From NCBI GenBank assembly GCA_019308925.1, contig JAFDHG010000003.1:3367-67366 (forward strand): a DNA stretch of 64,000 nt, given 5' to 3'. The stretch is from Deltaproteobacteria bacterium (GTDB lineage: Bacteria; Desulfobacterota; B13-G15; RBG-16-54-18). Each line of letters begins with the position of its first letter. Within the stretch, counting starts at the first letter, position 1. A program made the position numbers and the translations under genes. The notes under the pieces were generated by a model that saw only the letters and a program-made list of their open reading frames with translations, had not been told where the DNA came from and did no database searches. This document shows positions 19,297-27,034 of this stretch, piece by piece.

Positions 19297-19619
19297 ATGA
19301 TAATAGTAAAATGCGCTAAATGTAAGAGGAAGATATTTAGATACCTGAAGATTGGAAAAGGGCGATTATGGCACTGCTGGAAGGATCGAATAATCGAGGA
19401 TTATAGTATCCGAGATGGAAATGACATTAAATGTCAATGCGGCAATTTAATTGGTATTGATGAGGTGAAATGGATTAAAATTTACCCCGTTAGATGTATA
19501 ATTGTCGGACGATAAATTAATTGATGTCAGGAAAGTATAAAGGCGGTTAATATGAACTGAATATCTAACGAGACGAACAACATTCTTTTACATATTCAGG
19601 AGCAACAACAAGAAAATAG
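19297..19619 (+). pseudogene. small Cys-rich Zn-finger protein interrupted by a ~95-bp insertion
   Basis: CAKC...HC...CQC; removing 19482-19576 restores the frame to QHSFTYSGATTRK-stop at 19619, just before the next RBS. Confidence 0.65.
19482..19576. mobile_element. MITE-like insertion with imperfect terminal inverted repeats
   Basis: TTACCCCGTTAGAT ... ATCTAACGAGACGA; core CGTTAGAT/ATCTAACG is a perfect inverted repeat. Confidence 0.6.
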
Positions 19620-19630
19620 GGGGTAAAAAG

Positions 19631-20272
19631 ATGAAGATCACCATTGTTTATGATAACACTGTTTACCAAAAAGATCTTAAATCCGATTGGGGTTTTTCTT
19701 GTCTTGTAGAAGTAGAGGACACGCCGAAAATCCTTTTTGATACAGGCACAAGGGGTTCCATACTTCTTTCGAATATGCAAAAACTTAATATTGATCCTGC
19801 CTTGATTGATGAAGTCTTTATTTCCCATGCCCATTTTGATCATATAGGTGGTCTCTCAGCCTTTCTTGATGTGAAAAGCGATGTTACAGTCTATGTTCCC
19901 ATTTCAGCCAGAGGAGTTCGTGGTGCAAAGGAGGTAATCTCTGTGAGTGAGCCCCTAAAGATCCATGAGAATGTGTTCTCTACTGGAGAACTCGACCACA
20001 TAGAACAATCCATGGCAGTTAAGACAGACAAAGGGGTAGTTTTGATTGTAGGATGCTCGCATCCAAAGATGGCACATATTCTTAAAGCGGCTTCTCAATT
20101 TGGGAAGCTCTATGCGATTGTTGGTGGGTTACACGGATTTAGTGAGTTCTGGTTGTTTGAAGACTTAGAACTGATTTGTCCTACCCATTGTACTCAACAT
20201 AAAGCAGAGATAAGGTCTTTGTACCCGGAACAATACATTGATGGTGGAGTAGGGAAAGTAATCGTGTTCTGA
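19631..20272 (+). CDS. MBL-fold metallo-hydrolase
   Basis: ILFDTG, SHAHFDHIGG, GCSHP, GGLH, PTHCT. Confidence 0.9.
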   Translation: MKITIVYDNTVYQKDLKSDWGFSCLVEVEDTPKILFDTGTRGSILLSNMQKLNIDPALIDEVFISHAHFDHIGGLSAFLDVKSDVTVYVPISARGVRGAKEVISVSEPLKIHENVFSTGELDHIEQSMAVKTDKGVVLIVGCSHPKMAHILKAASQFGKLYAIVGGLHGFSEFWLFEDLELICPTHCTQHKAEIRSLYPEQYIDGGVGKVIVF

Positions 20273-20322
20273 AGTTAATGTGTTTAAGCCCTTGAAACGC
20301 TGAGTATCCAGGAGGTGCGGTC

Positions 20323-20537
20323 GTGGCGGAGAAGGTTATCATATTCGGGAAGGCGGGTTGACCCTATACTGCGCAGGCTAGGTCAGCCTACGGCGACGCT
20401 GCAGAGTACCATGGTGTCTACGCAGCCCCCCAAAACTCCAGGAGATGCTGAAGTATTCCAATGGCGCTCGGCAAGTGCCCGTCATTGTTGAAGGTGACAA
20501 CGTAATGATCGGTTATGGAGGCACCTGAGGAGTTTAA
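20323..20537 (+). CDS. glutaredoxin-like selenoprotein with two in-frame UGA (UXX-star type); one-base frameshift in C6A4 run
   Basis: GGAGG RBS and GTG start; GKAG-UGA(20359)-PYT; after the shift QEMLKYSNGARQVPVIVEG...GYGGT-UGA(20526)-GV-TAA; a hairpin follows each UGA. Confidence 0.8.
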
Positions 20538-20609
20538 TCACCGGTAGTTTGCCGGTAATGTTCCATCTGTGGAGTTCCTGCAGGATAAGTCTCGCTAGGT
20601 GTCTTTGAT

Positions 20610-21158
20610 ATGCCTTCAAGATCAAAACTCCTGATCCTAACCCTCCTGATGGAGGGTATGGTGTTGATAGTGGCCTTGCTTTTAGCGAGGCTCTTGGGAA
20701 TTGCTTTGTTTCCTTTAACTAAGAATCTTTTATATGATATCCTGTTGGGGACCTGTGGAGCTGTATTCCCTTTGGCTCTATTTGTTTTTTCCATTTCGAA
20801 AAAGGCAGAAGCTATTCCCCTATTAAGGTCAGTCAGAAAGACAGTAATGACAGAGATAAGGGCCGTATTTTCTATGACCAGATTGATAGATTTATGCTTC
20901 ATTTCTCTCTTTGCAGGTTTTGCTGAGGAATTTTTATTTCGGGGAGTGATTCAAATCAAATTGGGTATTGTCGCAGCAAGTATCATTTTTGGGCTTCTTC
21001 ATTGTGTGACCCCTGCCTATGTTGTTCTTGCTACAATTATAGGATTCTATATCGGCATCTTATACTATTTGAGTCAGAGCCTTCTTATACCTATTCAATT
21101 GCATTTTATCTATGATTTTGGAGCGCTGATCTATTTAAGATATTTTGTGAACGAGTGA
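20610..21158 (+). CDS. CPBP (CAAX protease/Abi) family intramembrane metalloprotease
   Basis: AEEFLFRG, FGLLH and H...D (LHFIYD) motifs; multiple TM segments. Confidence 0.9.
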   Translation: MPSRSKLLILTLLMEGMVLIVALLLARLLGIALFPLTKNLLYDILLGTCGAVFPLALFVFSISKKAEAIPLLRSVRKTVMTEIRAVFSMTRLIDLCFISLFAGFAEEFLFRGVIQIKLGIVAASIIFGLLHCVTPAYVVLATIIGFYIGILYYLSQSLLIPIQLHFIYDFGALIYLRYFVNE

Positions 21159-21161
21159 CAT

Positions 21162-21190
21162 GGAACAAATCTCCTGACTGGACTGTCTAA
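21162..21190 (+). promoter_or_regulatory. ECF sigma promoter, autoregulatory, probably giving a leaderless mRNA
   Basis: GGAAC-18 nt-GTCTAA ending 4 nt before the ATG; no RBS. Confidence 0.6.
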
Positions 21191-21194
21191 CTGG

Positions 21195-21800
21195 ATGAAG
21201 GGAAAAAAGCAGACAAGAGATGAAGATTATGGGCTTGTATCTTTATGTAAAAAAGGTGATATAGATGTCTTTGAAGTATTGGTAAGAAGGCACCAGAAAA
21301 GGATGCTCAATATCGCCTACAGGATAATCGGGGACTATGCAGAGGCATGCGAGATCGTGCAGGAGGCATTTGTCTCTGCATATAGAGGCATCAAGAGTTT
21401 TAAAGGAAAGGCCAAGCTCTCTACATGGCTTTATACTATAGTCATTAATCTTTCAAAAAACCGTCTGAAACAGTTGAAGACCCAACTTTATCGCGAAAAA
21501 TTTTCGATAGATGATCCTGTTCCTACAACTGATGGCGAGATACAAATAGAACCCGCATCGAGTGAGCCCTCTGCCCTTGAAAGGCTCGAAAAACGAGATA
21601 TCCAGCAAAAGGTGCAGGGATGCATAAACGCCCTCGATACCGAATTCAGAGAGGCACTCATTCTGAGAGATATACAGGGTTTCTCCTATGAGGAAATAAG
21701 CGACATGCTTGAGGTACCAGAAGGTACTGTTAAATCAAGGCTTTTCAGGGCAAGGGAGGCTGTAAAGGACTGTTTAAAGAAATGGGTTGGAGATTTGTAG
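21195..21800 (+). CDS. ECF RNA polymerase sigma factor (RpoE/SigW-like)
   Basis: Region 2 QEAFVSAY...STWLYTI and region 4 SYEEIS...PEGTVKSRLFRAR. Confidence 0.93.
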   Translation: MKGKKQTRDEDYGLVSLCKKGDIDVFEVLVRRHQKRMLNIAYRIIGDYAEACEIVQEAFVSAYRGIKSFKGKAKLSTWLYTIVINLSKNRLKQLKTQLYREKFSIDDPVPTTDGEIQIEPASSEPSALERLEKRDIQQKVQGCINALDTEFREALILRDIQGFSYEEISDMLEVPEGTVKSRLFRAREAVKDCLKKWVGDL

Positions 21801-22721
21801 ATGGAATGCAGCGAGGTTCAAAAAAGGCTATCAGCCTATATAGAAGGCACTATTTCTCCAGAAGAAAAGGTGCTCATTGATGAGCATCTCACCTCATGTC
21901 AGAGATGCAATGATGCTCTTTCTGACCTGGAGAAGACCATTGAGTATATCCAGGAGCTCGAAGAAATAGAGCCTCCTGCATGGCTCGCGCAGAAGGTTAT
22001 GGCGAGGGTCCAATCAGAAGCTGAATCGAAGAGAGGAATCCTGCGAAGGTTATTTTACCCGATCCCGATAAAGCTGCCCATTGAGGCGGTTGCCGTTGTC
22101 TTAATTGCAGTAGCCACGATATATGTCTTTAAGACCATGCAGCCAGAGATGAAACTTGTACAGGCACCCTCAGAGGAGGTGGCATCTCAAATTCTTTCAC
22201 AAGAAAAAGAAAAAACACTTGCTATTGAGGAGGGCAAACCTGTTCCTGCCAAGCCAGCAGAGCGATTCATGCTTGCAGAAGAAGAGACCCAAGCAAGAAA
22301 ATATGCAGGAGCACCCAAGGCCCCTGCGAAAGTTGCAAAAGGAGGCAAGGTTGAGCCACCAGCAGGCGCTGTTGCAAGGGATGAATTAAAACGAGAAGTT
22401 GTATCAAAAGAATCCAGAGCAAGGACATTGGCTGAGAGAAGAGAGGAGGGTATTGGTTTAGCTGTTAATGTCCGAGACATTGAGACTGCCAGTAAAGAGA
22501 TTGAGGAAGTTCTTATGCAGCTTGGAGGGAAGATAATCCGAACAGAATCTCTTGAGAATAAAATTGTCATCGCCGCAGAGCTTGACTCTCAAAAGGTGAA
22601 TGAATTACTTGAAAAACTAAAGGCGATTGGGGAGGTTAAAGAAAAGGGGATGGCATTAGAGGTTTGGGAAGGTGAAGTAGAGATAAGGATAGAGCTTGTA
22701 AAAACGCCAATACATCCTTGA
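21801..22721 (+). CDS. zinc-finger anti-sigma factor (zf-HC2, TM, DUF2275-like)
   Basis: MEC...HLTSCQRC ZAS motif; single TM helix; immediately follows the sigma gene. Confidence 0.88.
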   Translation: MECSEVQKRLSAYIEGTISPEEKVLIDEHLTSCQRCNDALSDLEKTIEYIQELEEIEPPAWLAQKVMARVQSEAESKRGILRRLFYPIPIKLPIEAVAVVLIAVATIYVFKTMQPEMKLVQAPSEEVASQILSQEKEKTLAIEEGKPVPAKPAERFMLAEEETQARKYAGAPKAPAKVAKGGKVEPPAGAVARDELKREVVSKESRARTLAERREEGIGLAVNVRDIETASKEIEEVLMQLGGKIIRTESLENKIVIAAELDSQKVNELLEKLKAIGEVKEKGMALEVWEGEVEIRIELVKTPIHP

Positions 22722-22729
22722 AAAAAGAC

Positions 22730-22767
22730 TTGACATGACCTTATACATAAAGTACGTTATATCGTAC
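22730..22767 (+). promoter_or_regulatory. TA promoter with overlapping palindromic operator
   Basis: TTGACA-17 nt-TACGTT; GTACG-N6-CGTAC palindrome over the -10. Confidence 0.65.
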
Positions 22768-22787
22768 GTAATTAAAGAGGGTTTATC

Positions 22788-23030
22788 ATGACCACTATTA
22801 CTGCAACTGAAGCAAGAAAAAGATTATACCGACTTCTAGATGAAATTAGCGAGTCTCACGAACCGGTACATATCACTTCTAAGCGTAGTAAAGCCGTGCT
22901 TGTCTCTGAAGGCGACTGGCGTTCTATCCAAGAAACACTTTATTTGCTCTCAATTCCTGGCATGCGAGAGTCAATTGTCGAAGGATTAAAGACACCGGTC
23001 GAAAAATGTGAGCAGGAACTTGACTGGTGA
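22788..23030 (+). CDS. yefM: Phd/YefM family antitoxin
   Basis: TATEARKRLYRLLDE...EPVHIT...QETLYLLSIPGMRESI. Confidence 0.93.
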   Translation: MTTITATEARKRLYRLLDEISESHEPVHITSKRSKAVLVSEGDWRSIQETLYLLSIPGMRESIVEGLKTPVEKCEQELDW

Positions 23031-23290
23031 AATGGCAACTTGTCTATACCAGACAAGCTCGAAAAGATGCCAGAAAACTTGCAGCTTCGGGGTTACGCCA
23101 CCAAGCAGAGCAGTTACTTAAAATCTTACGTGAAAATCCTTATCAAGATCCTCCACCTTTTGAAAAATTGGTTGGAGATTTGGAAGGTGCTTTTTCAAGG
23201 CGTATAAATATCCAGCATCGCCTTGTATACCAGATTCTCGACGAAATTAAGAGCGTAAAGGTAGTTCGAATGCGGACACATTATGAGTAG
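23027..23290 (+). CDS. yoeB: Txe/YoeB family mRNase toxin
   Basis: EKLVGDLEGAFSRRINIQHRLVY...HYE; GTGA overlap with the antitoxin. Confidence 0.93.
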   Translation: MKWQLVYTRQARKDARKLAASGLRHQAEQLLKILRENPYQDPPPFEKLVGDLEGAFSRRINIQHRLVYQILDEIKSVKVVRMRTHYE

Positions 23291-23296
23291 GCACAA

Positions 23297-23368
23297 GGCT
23301 AACCAGTCGTTGCCCTGACCTCTATTCCGTTGACACTCAATAGAGGTAGGTGATCTTAATCGTTAGGA
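23297..23368 (+). mobile_element. integron attC recombination site
   Basis: GGCTAAC ... GTTAGGA core sites; inner arms CCT(G)ACCTCTATT / AATAGAGGTAGG with one extrahelical base; 72 bp, 6 nt after the toxin stop. Confidence 0.75.
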
Positions 23369-23507
23369 CGGCGCGGAGGGCCGCTGACTCATTTAAACGT
23401 AGAAAATTAAGCTCACCCCTCCAAAATCCATCTGCCAACCCATCCCACCAAAGGGGCCTTAAAGCTACATTTTCCTCAGCATTCACCATAAAAATAGGCC
23501 GTGTTCG

Positions 23508-23536
23508 GGAACTTTTTGGAGACTTTTTTTGTCTTA
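23508..23536 (+). promoter_or_regulatory. ECF sigma promoter upstream of the DUF4139 gene
   Basis: GGAAC-18 nt-GTCTTA, same spacing as the motif at 21162. Confidence 0.6.
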
Positions 23537-23575
23537 TGAACTAGCACAAGTCAAAAATATTAAAGGAGGTTTGAA

Positions 23576-25033
23576 ATGAAAAGGAAATATCATTACATTG
23601 CCTTGGTGGCTATGCTTTTGGTAGGGATCGGCTGTAGCGCATTGGCAGTTGCAGGGAGAGGGGCAGAAAAACCTGTAGCCCTTTCAACTACACTGGAGGA
23701 CCAGACAGGGGTGGCAGTGACCATCTATAATGTCAACCTCGGGCTTGTGAAAGACCAGAGGAAGATAAGCATTACGAGAGGGGCAGGGGAGTTGAGGTTT
23801 ATGGGTGTGGCATCTAAGATAATTCCTACAAGCGTCTCTATAAGATCCCTCATAGACCCTAAAAGCCTTCAGGTCCTTGAACAGAACTATGAGTATGACC
23901 TGCTCAATCCGAAGAAGCTCCTCGACAAATATGTGGGTAAGGAGGTGAAACTATACTACAGAAATCCATACACAGAGAGAGAAGAGATTGTGAGGGCCAC
24001 ACTCCTATCGAATAATGGAGGCCCGATATTTAAAATCGGGGATGAGATAACCTTCGGGCATCCTGGAAGGATCATATTCCCCAAGGTCCCGGACAACCTT
24101 ATCTCAAAACCGACCCTTGTCTGGCTCGTTGAAAACACCCTCTCAAAGGCCCAGAAGATCGAGGCATCATATCTCACAAATGGCATCAACTGGCGGGCTG
24201 ATTATGTTGTCACATTGAACGACAGAGACGATAGGACTGACCTTACTGGCTGGGTTAGCATTGATAATAAGAGTGGTGCAACATATAAGGAGGCAAAACT
24301 CAAACTGGTGGCCGGAGATGTCCACAGGGTTAGAGACAAATGGGAATATAAGGACAAGATGCTTCGTGCAGCAATGGCAGAGGCAGCGAAAGCAAAACCC
24401 CAGTTTAAGGAGGAGGAATTCTTTGAGTATCACATATACACCCTGCAGAGGCCAGCAACGATTAGACAAAATCAGACAAAACAGATAATGCTTGTGAGTG
24501 CCGATAACATCCCTGTCAAAAAAGAACTCCTCTACTATGGCGCAAGATTTTATTACCGCAACAGACACGGCCAGACGATATCGAACCAGAAGGTTGGTGT
24601 GTTTGTAGAGATAAAAAATAAGAAAGAGAATAACCTGGGTATCCCCCTTCCCAAAGGCACGATAAGGGTCTACAAACATGACAAGGAGGGAAGCCTGCAA
24701 TTTGTTGGCGAGGACTCTATAGACCATACACCAAAGGACGAGAAGGTCAGGATAAAGCTCGGAGACGCCTTTGATGTGGTTGGAAGTAGAAAACAGACGG
24801 ACTGGAAAAAGATTGCCTATGATACATACGAGGCGAGCTTTGAAATCTCTCTGAGAAATCACAAGAAGGAAGATGTCGTTGTGAAGGTTGTTGAGCCCAT
24901 ACCAGGAGACTGGAAAATGCTCAGTTCGTCTCATAACTATACAAAGACAGAGGCATTTACTGCTGAGTTCAATATTAAAGTCCCCAGAGACAAAGAGACA
25001 AAGCTTACATACAGGGTGAGGATGAGATTTTAG
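23576..25033 (+). CDS. exported DUF4139 domain protein
   Basis: Signal peptide; VTIYN, LEQNYEYDL, W.ADY, LGIPLPKG and GEDSIDHTP motifs. Confidence 0.85.
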   Translation: MKRKYHYIALVAMLLVGIGCSALAVAGRGAEKPVALSTTLEDQTGVAVTIYNVNLGLVKDQRKISITRGAGELRFMGVASKIIPTSVSIRSLIDPKSLQVLEQNYEYDLLNPKKLLDKYVGKEVKLYYRNPYTEREEIVRATLLSNNGGPIFKIGDEITFGHPGRIIFPKVPDNLISKPTLVWLVENTLSKAQKIEASYLTNGINWRADYVVTLNDRDDRTDLTGWVSIDNKSGATYKEAKLKLVAGDVHRVRDKWEYKDKMLRAAMAEAAKAKPQFKEEEFFEYHIYTLQRPATIRQNQTKQIMLVSADNIPVKKELLYYGARFYYRNRHGQTISNQKVGVFVEIKNKKENNLGIPLPKGTIRVYKHDKEGSLQFVGEDSIDHTPKDEKVRIKLGDAFDVVGSRKQTDWKKIAYDTYEASFEISLRNHKKEDVVVKVVEPIPGDWKMLSSSHNYTKTEAFTAEFNIKVPRDKETKLTYRVRMRF

Positions 25034-25117
25034 ATGATTTAAAAGGGGTGTGGCCATAAATGAGATCGTCGTCAGACCTACATAGAAAGAGAGACGAAAC
25101 TGTTTAGCTTTATTTTG

Positions 25118-25146
25118 TTGACAAACCCCTATTTATCTGCTATGGT
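25118..25146 (+). promoter_or_regulatory. sigma70 promoter of csp with long 5' UTR
   Basis: TTGACA-17 nt-TATGGT with extended TG; about 165 nt upstream of the ATG. Confidence 0.55.
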
Positions 25147-25315
25147 CGCCTGGGTTTGATAAGTGGAGATCTATTGAGGGCGGAAGGATGATCTCGGTGG
25201 GGTCCCTGGATAGTTTTCCTTTTTGTCCTCAGAGTATCCTGCTTATCAAAGAGAGGCCTGCGATGGGCGGGGCCTCAGAGAGTTTAAATTTTTGTTTGAA
25301 GGAGGAATGGGAAGT

Positions 25316-25516
25316 ATGGTTAAAGGACGAGTAAAATGGTTTAACGACAAGAAGGGGTATGGCTTCATCGAAAGGGATGACGGAGACGATGTTTTTGTCC
25401 ACTACACGGCCATCTCGGGGGAAGGTTTCAAGACCCTTTATGAAGGACAAGAGGTAGAGTTTGAGATCACGCAAGGCCCTAAAGGACCCCAGGCCTCCAA
25501 GGTATCTCTGGTCTGA
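25316..25516 (+). CDS. cspA: cold-shock protein
   Basis: [15 protein letters not shown] (RNP1), DVFVHY (RNP2), GPKGPQA. Confidence 0.95.
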   Translation: MVKGRVKWFNDKKGYGFIERDDGDDVFVHYTAISGEGFKTLYEGQEVEFEITQGPKGPQASKVSLV

Positions 25517-25533
25517 TCCCTTGAGGCCCTTTC

Positions 25534-25564
25534 AAGGGGACCCTCAATGAGGGTCCCCTTTTTT
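25534..25564 (+). terminator. intrinsic terminator between convergent genes
   Basis: GGGGACCCTC/GAGGGTCCCC stem followed by a T6 run. Confidence 0.85.
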
Positions 25565-25570
25565 ATGCCA

Positions 25571-26149
25571 TTATCTCAACCCATCTTCACCCTTTATTTC
25601 CTCTTTCTTCAATCCACCAATCCGTGCCAGAGGTCTTCCTGAATCAGTGACCACGATAGCGACCAGTATTTCGTCGTTTTTTGGAGCGTCCGGGATCCGT
25701 ACTTCCATGGCGTCATAGTGGGTACGAACGAAGGCAGCATCCTTAAAGTGAAGGGGGACGTCAATGGGCGTTCCTGCAGTCCCCCGTTTCCCCGCCGAGG
25801 GGATGATGGCCTTACCGCCGCCTACCTGCTCCCGCAGCGGTTTCCCCAACTTGGGGTGCAGGATAGCGTGAAGGTGTTCTAATTCTCCATCAAGGCCTAC
25901 GATTGCCGCCTTTCCGTAGTCTTGGGCCTTTTCCTTCGGGATCCCCAAGGCAGCGACAGCCCGTTCTCCTAACATTGCCCCCAACTGCTCACCGTAATCC
26001 ATGAGTTCAGAGAGATCATCCACGTATTGATTGGCAAAGGGGTTTTTGATCACCGCTATGGCTGCAGCCTTTCGGGTGGGAGGAGATATCTCCTTTTCCC
26101 CTTCCCTTTGGATCTCCTCCACTATGGTGACGACCTTTCTTATCTCCAT
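25571..26149 (-). CDS. amino acid synthesis family protein (DUF1185)
   Basis: AVIKNPFA, YGKAAIVGLDGELEH, DVPLH, RTHYD, DAPKNDEI. Confidence 0.85.
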   Translation of the reverse strand: MEIRKVVTIVEEIQREGEKEISPPTRKAAAIAVIKNPFANQYVDDLSELMDYGEQLGAMLGERAVAALGIPKEKAQDYGKAAIVGLDGELEHLHAILHPKLGKPLREQVGGGKAIIPSAGKRGTAGTPIDVPLHFKDAAFVRTHYDAMEVRIPDAPKNDEILVAIVVTDSGRPLARIGGLKKEEIKGEDGLR

Positions 26150-26152
26150 TGT

Positions 26153-27034
26153 TTACCCCTCCTTATCGAATAAATTTTGGGTTAGGGGGGATAAAAAACC
26201 CTTTATCCCCTGATCCCAGACCACCCTCCCCTGCACACAGATGAGGGCACCTAAGATTACACCCTTATCCATTAGGTGTTGAGCCTTTCCCATACCCCGG
26301 GAGAGGGCCTCATCAACCTCGTGAGACGTGAGTTTTTCCACCTCCAGAGTTACCTCCTCCCCTCGCAGGTCTGTGTCCGGATCAATTTCATCAGCCCGAA
26401 TCCTTTTTACCCTAGGGGAGTCTATCGCCGTGGCATTGGCCACTGATGTGGAGGCCGCGTCGGCTACCGAGGCAGAGGGGCCAAGGACAACGGCCGCCTG
26501 AGCCACCCCCTTGGTGAAGCTCCTTCCTCCCAGACCACTGGTGGTCACTCCCCCCACTCCCATCCCCCCTGTAAGCTGCAGGCAATAGGAGATCTCCGGG
26601 CAGGTTACATCGAGCCTGATCCCCACCCTGACCACCTCTTCTGGGGCCATCCTGATGGCGACATCACCACCGTTGTCGACGATCACCTTGCTGACCCCTT
26701 GGGAGAAGGTATGCTCCGCTACCAGATCGGAGATGGTCCCGGCCACGGCCGACAAAGGAGTAAGGTCCTCATCTCCCACCCGCTGCACAGCACCGACCAT
26801 CTCCTTGACCACCTGGGGAAGGTTTCCATCGGCGCTGAGCCTAGGGGCCTTCTTCTTGATGATCACCTGAAAAGGGGCTAACTCCTTTAACAACCCACAA
26901 GCCCATTCCCCACCCCTTTGGGCTGACTCCAATAACGGTTTACCTCCATCCCAGGCAGCAACCAGCAGGCGCATGGGACCTGACTCCGCCAGGACCCAGG
27001 CATCATTCAACGGGATTACCAATCCTTTGGCCAT
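26153..27034 (-). CDS. UPF0280/ApbE-like protein (putative flavin transferase)
   Basis: TPLSAVAG, VDNGGDVA, TSGLGGRSFTKGVA, ADAAST. Confidence 0.85.
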   Translation of the reverse strand: MAKGLVIPLNDAWVLAESGPMRLLVAAWDGGKPLLESAQRGGEWACGLLKELAPFQVIIKKKAPRLSADGNLPQVVKEMVGAVQRVGDEDLTPLSAVAGTISDLVAEHTFSQGVSKVIVDNGGDVAIRMAPEEVVRVGIRLDVTCPEISYCLQLTGGMGVGGVTTSGLGGRSFTKGVAQAAVVLGPSASVADAASTSVANATAIDSPRVKRIRADEIDPDTDLRGEEVTLEVEKLTSHEVDEALSRGMGKAQHLMDKGVILGALICVQGRVVWDQGIKGFLSPLTQNLFDKEG

